A program made the translations under genes and the position numbers. Below, one piece after another: positions 50,882 to 59,976 of a stretch of 64,000 nt of DNA. A model generated the notes under the pieces. The model did not search any database and was not told the origin of the DNA. It saw only the letters and a list, made by a program, of their open reading frames with translations. The stretch is taken from positions 4,646 to 68,645 of the forward strand of contig CASDPA010000009.1 in the NCBI GenBank assembly GCA_949282255.1. Direction: 5' to 3'. Positions within the stretch are counted from its first letter, which is position 1. Every line of letters starts with the position of its first letter. Source of the DNA: an uncultured Spirochaetales bacterium (GTDB lineage Bacteria; Spirochaetota; Spirochaetia; Sphaerochaetales; Sphaerochaetaceae).

Positions 50882-52237
50882 ATGAAAAGACTGCTGTCTT
50901 TTATGTTGATCGTATGTTTGATCTCTTTCGCTTTCGTATCCTGCTCAAAGGATTCATCTTCTACAACCGCTTCGGGAACGACGGCAACGGCAAAAAGCAC
51001 CGCATCGGCGGACGAGCCTGTAACGATCCGTTTTGTGAGCTGGCAAACAAATCATGCCGAGGCAAACCAGGCTGTTGCTGATGCTTATCATGAATTACAC
51101 CCTGAAGTCACCGTTGTCTTCGACTACATCGGCGATATGAACAGCAACGATTATATGACCAAGACGGATATCATGATAATGGGCGGGGAGGCCATGGATA
51201 TCGTTATGACGCCAAGTTTCACGGCTTTTGCATCCAGGGCGGCAAGCGGTGCGTATTTGGACCTTGATCCATATTTCGAGGCTGAGGGAACTTCCTTGGA
51301 GGATTCTTATGATGCTGTTTTACGTGTGAACGGCGGTGCGTATGGAATTCCTGGAGAAATGAAGTATGATATGATTCTTATCAATAAGGATCTTCTTGAT
51401 GAAGCAGGTCTCGATGTTCCTTCCCTTGATTGGACGTGGGATGATTATAGGGAATATGCCAAAGCTCTTACGAAGGGAGAGGGTGCAAGCAAGATATATG
51501 GCTCATTCTTCTATTCGTGGGGAAATGTGAATCTTTATGGCGTAGCTTCCGCAAAAAAAGGAAATAGATATTTCAATGATGACCATACGCTTGTTTTTGA
51601 AGATCCAAGCTTCACTGATTTCCTCCAATATCGGTATGATTTGGAGAATGTGGATAAATGTTCAACTCCCTTGGCGGATATTAAGAGCTTGAATATGAAC
51701 TATCGTGATCAGTTTTTCAGAGGACAGATTGCCATGCTTCCCATGGGTACGTTCATGTTGAGCGACATAGGAAATGAAAAATACTCACCTGATTTTGTCA
51801 CAACCTTCGCAAGAATACCCTCCTGGTCGGAGGACGATCCTCACTATTACATCACACAGGGACAGGTTTTCTCGATTTCAAGAACGAGTGAACACCCGCA
51901 GGAAGCTTATGATTTCCTCAGGTTCTGGACAACGGAAGGGGTGGCGATCAAAGGAATGTTCATCTCGAATGAAAAGAATGTCGATAGAATGGAAAGTGTC
52001 AATCAGATAGTTGCAGGTTTTACCGATAAGCTCGATATTGAAACTCTTTCGGCCATCATGACCGATCCGAAGTGGGAGAGCAGCTACGAGGAATGGGTTC
52101 CTGAATATCAGAACGAGATCGATACGATTCTTACAGAGGAGACCGATATGTTCCTGCTCGGATCGCAGAGTCTTGATAAGACTGTACAGAATCTTATGAA
52201 ACGTGGTAATGCTGTTATCGCAGAGTACGAGAACTGA
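50882..52237 (+). CDS. sugar ABC substrate-binding lipoprotein (family 1)
   Basis: 451 aa with RBS AAAGGAGGA and signal peptide plus lipobox-like ...FAFVSCSKD. Confidence 0.88.
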   Translation: MKRLLSFMLIVCLISFAFVSCSKDSSSTTASGTTATAKSTASADEPVTIRFVSWQTNHAEANQAVADAYHELHPEVTVVFDYIGDMNSNDYMTKTDIMIMGGEAMDIVMTPSFTAFASRAASGAYLDLDPYFEAEGTSLEDSYDAVLRVNGGAYGIPGEMKYDMILINKDLLDEAGLDVPSLDWTWDDYREYAKALTKGEGASKIYGSFFYSWGNVNLYGVASAKKGNRYFNDDHTLVFEDPSFTDFLQYRYDLENVDKCSTPLADIKSLNMNYRDQFFRGQIAMLPMGTFMLSDIGNEKYSPDFVTTFARIPSWSEDDPHYYITQGQVFSISRTSEHPQEAYDFLRFWTTEGVAIKGMFISNEKNVDRMESVNQIVAGFTDKLDIETLSAIMTDPKWESSYEEWVPEYQNEIDTILTEETDMFLLGSQSLDKTVQNLMKRGNAVIAEYEN

Positions 52238-52254
52238 TATAATTATTTTTGTAT

Positions 52255-52285
52255 CCGCCCTTCGGGGCGGAGCTGTCTTTTTTTT
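52255..52285 (+). terminator. probable terminator
   Basis: CCGCCC-TTCG-GGGCGG hairpin. A T8 run begins 7 nt downstream. Confidence 0.5.
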
Positions 52286-52297
52286 AGGAAGGGTAGA

Positions 52298-54445
52298 TTG
52301 TCTAGAAACCGACATCTTTTTGTTAAATATATTGGGCCGTATCTTCTGGTAATTTTTTTGGTGGTCCTCTGTCTTTCCCCTGTGTATTTTCTTTTTGGGC
52401 GGACGGAAAGCGAAAAGATATTGCAGACTATCTGCTCATATGCTGATAAGTCTTTTCATGAATTTGTACTGGATGAGAACGTGCTGTTCAATACCGCCCG
52501 TACGTTTTATACCGATAGTGAACTTAAAAAAATATATTATGGCTCGGAAGAAGAGATCGGGTTGTTTTACCAGGCAACAAAACTCCAACAGAGATTGAGA
52601 CTTTGCTTTAACAATCTGGCATATGTAAATGATGTTATAATCTATATCCCAAAGTTTGATTATGTCATTACTTATGACTATATATTCACCAATCGTGCAA
52701 AGTTCTATGAATTATTCAAAATCTCCAAATTTGAGGATGCGGATTGGTTGACTGGTATTAAGCCGTTGAGTACGATGAGCTGGGCATCCTTTATAAGCGG
52801 ATATGAAAAAATTCCAAGCGATGAAAGAGGAGTCGAATTATTTACCTGTTTTACTTTTCCCATGGTTGGGGATGGAAGCTTTGAAATGGTATTGCTGGTT
52901 GCTAGGGATGGCAGCAATCTTGTTTCCAAATTCATATATCCCGAGATCGGGGAAGATGCTTTCTCCATTCTTCGTGACAGATCCGGCAATATGATTGCTT
53001 GTAAGAATATAGACGAAAGTGAAAATAGTGCCGCTCTCTCACAGATGCATATAATTAATTTTGGTGAATCAGGTTATACGCTGCAGATAGGAATATCCGA
53101 TTCCTATTTTTCTAAATATAGGAGAAATGCTTATTTCGGGATTGCAATGAGCATAGTCGCCGCAATGCTCAGCAGCTTTTTTGTCTCGGCATTTTTTGTT
53201 CATCGAAGTACTTCATCCATCGGACGCATCATCGATTCCATCGACCCTGAAGCCGACAAGGTCGAGGGAAATGAAATGCTCAGAATCGAAGATGGCGTGA
53301 ATAATATGAAATCCGATATTTCTTCTCTCAAGGAAAGCGTAAGGAAATCTCTTATCGAAAAATTGTTTTTCAAAGGAATATCGGATGAAGAGGTTGCCGT
53401 TCTCGAGCATTATTATGGTAATTTACCAAAACAATATACGATTGCATCCTTTTGTGCGGAGGGAGAATCCGGAGTGGAGGATATGTTATTGCAGAAGATC
53501 GGGGATCGTATGACAAAAGATGCATATATATCATTCCATGATCAGAGAAACAGCGTTATGCTCATCTCATGCCAGGATGCCGATCCAATTGCTTTGAGCC
53601 GACTGTTAAGGGCTATTAACCAAGAATCTAAAATCAGAATCTGGGCAGGGCTCAGCCACAGCTCCACAGATTATAAGGACGCTTATAAGGAGACGATTAT
53701 CGCCCAACGCCGTCTTGCCTCCGGTCCAAAGATGTCGGAAGTTAATGTTTTCACCCATACCCACGGATCTAGGGCCACCGCACCGATTGTGAATGTGAAG
53801 GATCTAGATATTCTTCAGCAGTCTCTTATGAACGGGGATTTTGATTCTTCAAACAAACTGATAAACCATATTTTTGAAGAGTTTAGAAATATGGATTTCG
53901 ACGAGGTCGAGCTCCGTCAGCTTTTCTTCTCTCTAAGGGCCATTTATTCCTCGGTGCTCACTTCATATATGATCGAGGAGGAGTTGAGCGCGCCTGATAA
54001 ACGTCCTGATATACCGGATCTTCCGAATGAGTTTGAAAATTATTCGACCTATGACATGGAAGAATTCTTTATCTCTCTCAACGAGGTCGTATTTAAAAAT
54101 CACGAAAATAGAGTGGAAAAGAAGATCAACGGGCTTGCCGAAAGCATAGTCTGCTATGTAAGAACGAATTTTTCCGATAAGAATCTGTGTGCCGCAGTTA
54201 TTGCAGATAAATTTGGCATATCGGAAAAATATGTGTTCAAGCTTTTTAGGGATGCTACCGGAAGGACCTTGAATTCCAGTTTGTCGGAAATAAGGATCGC
54301 AGAAGCCATACGCTTGCTTAGAGAAACGGATGTGCCTGTTTCGGAAATAGCCTTGAAGGCCGGCTTCTCTTCCTCAAACAGCATGTATAAGGTGTTCATC
54401 AGGGAAAAAGGGGTGACGCCGACCGCATATAGGATGAAAAAATAA
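52298..54445 (+). CDS. membrane-anchored AraC-family transcriptional regulator with extracytoplasmic sensor domain
   Basis: 715 aa with a TTG start. TM1 is about residues 10-32, followed by an about 250-aa extracytoplasmic segment and TM2 (AYFGIAMSIVAAMLSSFFVSAFFV). The cytoplasmic region ends in a double AraC HTH (ISEKYVFKLFRD..., IALKAGFSSSNSMYKVF). I see no receiver domain. Confidence 0.8.
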   Translation: MSRNRHLFVKYIGPYLLVIFLVVLCLSPVYFLFGRTESEKILQTICSYADKSFHEFVLDENVLFNTARTFYTDSELKKIYYGSEEEIGLFYQATKLQQRLRLCFNNLAYVNDVIIYIPKFDYVITYDYIFTNRAKFYELFKISKFEDADWLTGIKPLSTMSWASFISGYEKIPSDERGVELFTCFTFPMVGDGSFEMVLLVARDGSNLVSKFIYPEIGEDAFSILRDRSGNMIACKNIDESENSAALSQMHIINFGESGYTLQIGISDSYFSKYRRNAYFGIAMSIVAAMLSSFFVSAFFVHRSTSSIGRIIDSIDPEADKVEGNEMLRIEDGVNNMKSDISSLKESVRKSLIEKLFFKGISDEEVAVLEHYYGNLPKQYTIASFCAEGESGVEDMLLQKIGDRMTKDAYISFHDQRNSVMLISCQDADPIALSRLLRAINQESKIRIWAGLSHSSTDYKDAYKETIIAQRRLASGPKMSEVNVFTHTHGSRATAPIVNVKDLDILQQSLMNGDFDSSNKLINHIFEEFRNMDFDEVELRQLFFSLRAIYSSVLTSYMIEEELSAPDKRPDIPDLPNEFENYSTYDMEEFFISLNEVVFKNHENRVEKKINGLAESIVCYVRTNFSDKNLCAAVIADKFGISEKYVFKLFRDATGRTLNSSLSEIRIAEAIRLLRETDVPVSEIALKAGFSSSNSMYKVFIREKGVTPTAYRMKK

Positions 54446-54472
54446 ATATACTCTCAAAAAGGAGGTTGAAAT

Positions 54473-56212
54473 ATGAAAGCTATAATGGTGCTTTTTGATT
54501 CGCTCAATAGACATTTTTTACCAAATTATGGTTGTGAATGGACCAAGCTTCCAAATTTCAGACGGTTAGGGGAGCATGCCGTCACATTTGATAATTTTTA
54601 TGCCGGCAGCATGCCGTGCATGCCTGCAAGAAGGGAACTCCATACAGGAAGATATAATTTTTTACATAGATCCTGGTCTCCTATGGAACCGTATGACGAA
54701 TCTGTTTTTTCCAATTTAAGAAAAAAAGGTGTCTATTCGCATATTACTACAGACCACTTCCATTATTGGGAAGATGGCGGATCCTGTTATTTGAGCAAAT
54801 ATGACAGTTTCGAGATAAACAGGGGACAGCAGGGGGATCCGTGGATAGCCTGTGTGGAAAAACCATATTGGCCGGAAACGCTTTCAAAGCGTACTGCTGG
54901 AGCAAATTGGCGCCATGATTGGGCCAACAGGGCATACTTGGATACCGAAGAAAAGATGCCAATTTACAAAACATTTGAAAATGGTTTGGAATTTATCGAT
55001 GAAAACCACGCAGGAGATTCCTGGATATTGCAGATTGAAGCTTTCGATCCTCATGAGCCATTTTATAGTCTGCAGGAATGGAAGGATCTCTATCCCCATA
55101 GCTATGATGGAAAACAAATGGACTGGCCCGATTATGGCAAAAACGAACTGGATAATGCCGCCACCGAGCATGTCAGATATGAATATGCATCTTTGCTGTC
55201 GATGTGCGACCACTACCTTGGAAAGCTTTTGGATAGGCTGGATCAATATGGAATGTGGGACGATACGATGCTGATTGTGAATACCGATCATGGCTTTATG
55301 CTAGGAGAGAAGCAATGGATGGGTAAGAATGTGCAGCCGATGTACAGCGAGCTTTGTCTTCTTCCTTTCTTTTTGCATGATCCGCGTCATAAAGAGATGG
55401 ATGGAACAAGATGCTCCGCCCTTTGTCAAACAATAGATATTCCTGTTACTTTGGCTGAATATTTTAAGGCAGATAGTCTGAAACATGCCCAAGGGGCCTC
55501 ATTGGAGAAAGCCTTGTTAGGGGAAACCATACATGAGTATGCTCTTTTCGGAATATTCGGCGGTCATGTGAATATTACAGATGGTAGGTATGTCTATATG
55601 AGAAGTGCTGTGAATTCTTCAAATACCCCGCTGTATGAGTATACTCTCATGCCATGCCATATGAGCGCTCCTTTTTCAGCCGCTGAATTGAAAAATTCCG
55701 ATCTGGTGGAAGGTTTTGATTTTTCCGATGGTATGAAACTGTTGAAAATGGAGGCCCGGGGAGGGTGCAACAGCTATTGGTACGGTTCGCTTCTTTTTGA
55801 TTTAAAGAAGGACCCTGAAGAAAAGGAAAGCCTGATAGATGAGAAACTGGAGATAAGCATGTGTCGGCATCTTAAGAAAATGCTCATCTTGTCAGATGCT
55901 CCCAAGGAGCAGTTTGAACGGCTTGGAATTCCCTTTGAAGGAGAGATCGATGCCGGCTGTATCATGAAGGGGCCGAAAAAATATGATAAGCCGACAATTG
56001 AAGGTGTAAAACTTTCTTCAGAGGCGGAAAAGGCGTTGGCCATCTATCTTTCTATGCTTGTTCCGGAGGTTCAGAAAACCTTTATATCCCATATTGAAAG
56101 AAAACATGCGGGAAGAACCATCGACAGGGAGGATGTGTTCAACGGCATAAGGGATGTTGAAAATCCTCGATTCATGGAGGCGACAATAAAAACCATAAAA
56201 AACATTTTATGA
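54473..56212 (+). CDS. sulfatase (formylglycine-dependent, Cys-type)
   Basis: 579 aa. N-terminal LFDSLNRH. Sulfatase signature C-x-P-x-R within GSMPCMPARRELHTGR. Later DHG (NTDHGFMLGE). Confidence 0.88.
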   Translation: MKAIMVLFDSLNRHFLPNYGCEWTKLPNFRRLGEHAVTFDNFYAGSMPCMPARRELHTGRYNFLHRSWSPMEPYDESVFSNLRKKGVYSHITTDHFHYWEDGGSCYLSKYDSFEINRGQQGDPWIACVEKPYWPETLSKRTAGANWRHDWANRAYLDTEEKMPIYKTFENGLEFIDENHAGDSWILQIEAFDPHEPFYSLQEWKDLYPHSYDGKQMDWPDYGKNELDNAATEHVRYEYASLLSMCDHYLGKLLDRLDQYGMWDDTMLIVNTDHGFMLGEKQWMGKNVQPMYSELCLLPFFLHDPRHKEMDGTRCSALCQTIDIPVTLAEYFKADSLKHAQGASLEKALLGETIHEYALFGIFGGHVNITDGRYVYMRSAVNSSNTPLYEYTLMPCHMSAPFSAAELKNSDLVEGFDFSDGMKLLKMEARGGCNSYWYGSLLFDLKKDPEEKESLIDEKLEISMCRHLKKMLILSDAPKEQFERLGIPFEGEIDAGCIMKGPKKYDKPTIEGVKLSSEAEKALAIYLSMLVPEVQKTFISHIERKHAGRTIDREDVFNGIRDVENPRFMEATIKTIKNIL

Positions 56213-56235
56213 TTAAAACCTGCATTTTCTTTTTC

Positions 56236-56883
56236 TTAGTATAAGATTTCACCATCCGTGGAAATCGTTATCACATCTGATTTGATATCCTTGCCGCTGA
56301 GGCTTATGGCTTTCCGTACTGCCATTACAAGACCTCCGCAGCATGAAACTTCCATTCGTGCCAATGTGATGCTTTTTATATCATTGTTTTTGATAATCTC
56401 GGATAATTTGAAGCTGTAATCTATTCCGTCCAGCTTTGGACAGCCTATCACCGTAATCCTTCCTTTCATGAAATCCTTATGAAAGCATGCATAGGAAAAG
56501 GCGGTACATGTCGCGGCAATGAGAAGATGCGACCCGTCGAAGTATTTTGCTTTTGGCGGTACGAGCTTGATCTGGCATGGCCATTGCATCAGTTCGGATT
56601 CATTTGCTTTGATCTCCGCTTTCTTATTTAATTTTTCAGCGCTTTCTCCAGGACACTCCGTATACTGGTTTTTCCTCTGTATCGATGGCTCTTGCGCTGT
56701 GATGAACCTGATTGCTCCCATGGGGCAGGCCGGCAGACAGTCTCCAAGCCCGTCGCGATAATCCGGCCGGGTAAGCTTTGCTTTCCCGTCAACCATGCTT
56801 ATGGCGCCTTCATGGCAGGCGTTCGCACATAGGCCGCAGCCGTTGCATAATGCTTCATTTATTTCAATTATTTTTCGCTCCAT
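56236..56883 (-). CDS. 4Fe-4S ferredoxin-domain protein with Cys-rich C-terminal domain
   Basis: The first motif, CNGCGLCANAC, is canonical. The second retains only C-x3-C-P (DCLPACP). The C-terminal about 110 aa has further Cys residues (WPCQ, ATCTAFSYAC, IGCPKLD, VSCCGG). Confidence 0.8.
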   Translation of the reverse strand: MERKIIEINEALCNGCGLCANACHEGAISMVDGKAKLTRPDYRDGLGDCLPACPMGAIRFITAQEPSIQRKNQYTECPGESAEKLNKKAEIKANESELMQWPCQIKLVPPKAKYFDGSHLLIAATCTAFSYACFHKDFMKGRITVIGCPKLDGIDYSFKLSEIIKNNDIKSITLARMEVSCCGGLVMAVRKAISLSGKDIKSDVITISTDGEILY

Positions 56884-56945
56884 AGCGTCTCCTTATTAAC
56901 AATGTATCCTTTTTTTTATGATAATAATGTTGGAGAAACAACAAA

Positions 56946-57623
56946 ATGAAGAATTCTGATCTGATATTTTCCTCTCCGCTGTTCAAAGGATTGGGAAAAG
57001 AGGATATCTCGGCACTTGAAAAAATCATTTCACAAAATATCCGCCATTATCCGGAAAACAGTACAATTTTTGCCGCCGGTGAATGTACAAAAAGATTTGC
57101 CATGGTATTACAGGGCGTGATAGTAATCGAGCACGTGGATGCTTTTGGAACAAGAAATATCCTTTCATATGTGGGACAAGGGGGTGTTTTTGCGGAGACA
57201 TATGCATTCCTTCCAAATGAGGCCATGGCGGTTTATGCGGTATCGGAAACGGATTCGAAAATTGTTTTTTTCAACCGTATCCAGCTGTTTTCCTCTCCCG
57301 TGCTTTCAGCAGATGGCCGGAGCGTTCTATTTGAGAATCTTCTTTCTTTGAGCATGGAAAAAAATCTCGCATTGGCGAAAAAAATCATCTGTACGACTCC
57401 AAAGACAATAAGGGGGAGGCTTTCTGCTTATCTATCCGATGAAATGATGAAGAATCGTAATAATACTTTTGAAATACCATTTGATCGTCAGGGGCTTGCC
57501 GATTATCTATGCGTTGAAAGAAGCGCGCTTTCCGCGGAGATTTCGAAGATGAGGAAAGAAGGGATGATAGAATGCAGGAAAAACCGTTTTTCAATAATTA
57601 TGAAAAAAAACACTGCACTTTAG
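56946..57623 (+). CDS. Crp/Fnr-family transcriptional regulator
   Basis: 225 aa with a cNMP-binding-like N-domain and the C-terminal HTH RQGLADYLCVERSALSAEISKM. Confidence 0.88.
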   Translation: MKNSDLIFSSPLFKGLGKEDISALEKIISQNIRHYPENSTIFAAGECTKRFAMVLQGVIVIEHVDAFGTRNILSYVGQGGVFAETYAFLPNEAMAVYAVSETDSKIVFFNRIQLFSSPVLSADGRSVLFENLLSLSMEKNLALAKKIICTTPKTIRGRLSAYLSDEMMKNRNNTFEIPFDRQGLADYLCVERSALSAEISKMRKEGMIECRKNRFSIIMKKNTAL

Positions 57624-57649
57624 GTCCTGCTTGAATTATACTATTGCAC

Positions 57650-58378
57650 ATGGCCCGCAACATATTCGATAACAGCACCTTCTTTGCCGAATATATGAAG
57701 CTAAGAAGCGAGAAGAACTATAATGATCTTTTAGAGCAGCCGGAGATGGCCGCATTGCTTCCCTGTCTGTCTGGAAGAGCAGTCCTCGATGCAGGATGCG
57801 GGTATGGTGCCAACTGCAGGGTTTTTTCCGAGGCAGGAGCATCAAGGGTCGTAGGAATAGACATTTCAAAAAACATGCTTGAAAAGGCCAGAAAGGATAA
57901 CAGCCTGGAGAATATAGAGTATATCGAAAAAGATATGGCCGATATATCGGAAGTGGAAGGTCCTTTTGATTTGGTATATTCCTCGCTGGCCTTTCATTAT
58001 GTGAAGGACTTTGAAAAGCTCATCAGGGATATCTACGGCCTTCTTTCTCCCAAAGGCATCCTGCTTTTTTCCCAGGAACATCCGGTTGTGACGGCGACAA
58101 AGGACTATAGAGGGCATTTTGATGATTTCGGTCATTATGTGTTCGGGGATTATCAGGCGGAGGGTAAAAGGTATGGCACCTGGTTTGTTAAAGATGTTGA
58201 AAGCTATCATCGTACGGTTGCCACGATATTGACTACGGTGGCTAGAAATGGCTTCCGCATAACAGATGTGATTGAGCCAGTCCCTTCTTCCATGGCTTTG
58301 AGGGAACGGCCGGATCTTGAAAAGGATTTCATCCGTCCGACTTTCCTGATTGTTAAAGCTTTTAAGGATACATATTAA
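57650..58378 (+). CDS. class I SAM-dependent methyltransferase
   Basis: Motif I VLDAGCGYGAN, followed by VVGIDIS and post-I/II blocks. The start is at ATG 57650; the track starts at TTG 57644. Confidence 0.85.
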   Translation: MARNIFDNSTFFAEYMKLRSEKNYNDLLEQPEMAALLPCLSGRAVLDAGCGYGANCRVFSEAGASRVVGIDISKNMLEKARKDNSLENIEYIEKDMADISEVEGPFDLVYSSLAFHYVKDFEKLIRDIYGLLSPKGILLFSQEHPVVTATKDYRGHFDDFGHYVFGDYQAEGKRYGTWFVKDVESYHRTVATILTTVARNGFRITDVIEPVPSSMALRERPDLEKDFIRPTFLIVKAFKDTY

Positions 58379-58413
58379 TTCATGTTATTTTTTTCACATT
58401 CAGTTGATTTATT

Positions 58414-59976
58414 ATGTTAAAATTTGCAAATAAGGAAAAGAACGCAGTGGAAAAAAAATGCGCAATCGAAATGAAAGGCATTACCAAGCGTTTCGGACAG
58501 GTAGTCGCTAACGATGGCATTGATCTAGATATCAACTATGGTGAGATATTGGCTTTGCTCGGAGAAAACGGCAGCGGCAAAACGACCTTGATGAACATGC
58601 TTTCAGGCATATACCAGCCTGACGGAGGGGAAATTTACGAGGATGGTAAACCCATCTATATCCGTTCTCCCAAGGATGCCTATGGCTATGGTATCGGAAT
58701 GATCCACCAGCATTATAAGCTTGTGGAGGTTTTTACAGCGGCACAGAATATCATTCTCGGCTTGGATGAGGAGAAGATGGATCTGGCCCAGACGAATGCG
58801 AAGGTTGCCGAAATATGCGGACGGTACGGCTTTGATATAGACCCTGTAAAAAAGGTCTATGACATGTCTGTATCTCAAAAGCAGACAGTCGAGATCGTGA
58901 AAGTCCTTTACCGTGGGGCAAAGGTGCTTGTCTTGGATGAGCCGACGGCGGTTCTGACCCCGCAGGAGACCAAGAAGCTTTTCAACGTCCTGAAAAACAT
59001 GAAGGAAGATGGAAAGGCGATCATCATAATAACCCATAAGCTTCATGAGGTAATGGAAGTTTCCGATAAGGTTGCCGTTCTCAGAAAGGGCAAATACATA
59101 GGTACGGTCAACACATGTGAGACGAATCCTCAGGCCTTGACGGATATGATGGTCGGGCATGCTGTCTCGTTGAATATCGACAGGCCTAAATATGACAATC
59201 CTCAGACAAAGCTGATTGTTGAAAATCTCACCTGTATCGACAACGAGGGCATAACAAGGCTAGATCATGTCAGTTTTACGGCAAAAACAGGTGAGATACT
59301 CGGAGTGGCAGGCATTTCCGGTTCCGGACAGAAGGAACTGTTGGAAGCCATGACCGGACTATATCCGGTGAAAGAGGGCAGCGTGCGTTTCATCGGAGAC
59401 GATGGAAAAGAGACCGAGCTTGTTGGAAAGACCCCGATGCAGATCAGGCGTACAGGTGTCGGTATGGCCTTTGTTCCTGAAGACCGCCTTGGCATGGGAC
59501 TCGTCGGATCGATGGGTATGACAGGAAACATGATGCTCAGGTCCTGGAAGAACGGCAAAGGTGCGCTTTTGAGGAAGAAGGATCCGGAAGCACTTGCAAA
59601 CAGGATTTGGGATGAGTTGGAAGTTGTTACCCCCGGTGTAGATTTTCCTGTAAGAAAACTTTCTGGAGGAAATGTCCAGAAGGTGCTTGTTGGCCGTGAG
59701 ATTTCCAGCGAGCCTGCGGTGCTTATGACCGCCTATGCAGTCAGAGGCCTTGATATAAACACTTCCTATACGATTTACAACTTGCTTACGGAACAAAAGA
59801 TGAAGGGAGTTGCTGTCGTGTATGTAGGAGAAGATCTTGATGTGCTGATTGAATTGGCAGATAGGATACTCGTTCTTTGCGGCGGCAGGGTGAGTGGACT
59901 TGTGGATGCCAGAGTCACTACAAAAGAGGAAATAGGGTTGATGATGACCCAATTTGAATCAAAGGAGGATGAGTGA
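58414..59976 (+). CDS. ABC ATP-binding protein, tandem ATPase domains (BMP/nucleoside-sugar uptake type)
   Basis: Two nucleotide-binding domains. Domain 1 has GENGSGKTT and LVLDEPT. Domain 2 has GISGSGQKE and LSGGNVQK. The start is uncertain (58414 or ATG 58471). Confidence 0.88.
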   Translation: MLKFANKEKNAVEKKCAIEMKGITKRFGQVVANDGIDLDINYGEILALLGENGSGKTTLMNMLSGIYQPDGGEIYEDGKPIYIRSPKDAYGYGIGMIHQHYKLVEVFTAAQNIILGLDEEKMDLAQTNAKVAEICGRYGFDIDPVKKVYDMSVSQKQTVEIVKVLYRGAKVLVLDEPTAVLTPQETKKLFNVLKNMKEDGKAIIIITHKLHEVMEVSDKVAVLRKGKYIGTVNTCETNPQALTDMMVGHAVSLNIDRPKYDNPQTKLIVENLTCIDNEGITRLDHVSFTAKTGEILGVAGISGSGQKELLEAMTGLYPVKEGSVRFIGDDGKETELVGKTPMQIRRTGVGMAFVPEDRLGMGLVGSMGMTGNMMLRSWKNGKGALLRKKDPEALANRIWDELEVVTPGVDFPVRKLSGGNVQKVLVGREISSEPAVLMTAYAVRGLDINTSYTIYNLLTEQKMKGVAVVYVGEDLDVLIELADRILVLCGGRVSGLVDARVTTKEEIGLMMTQFESKEDE

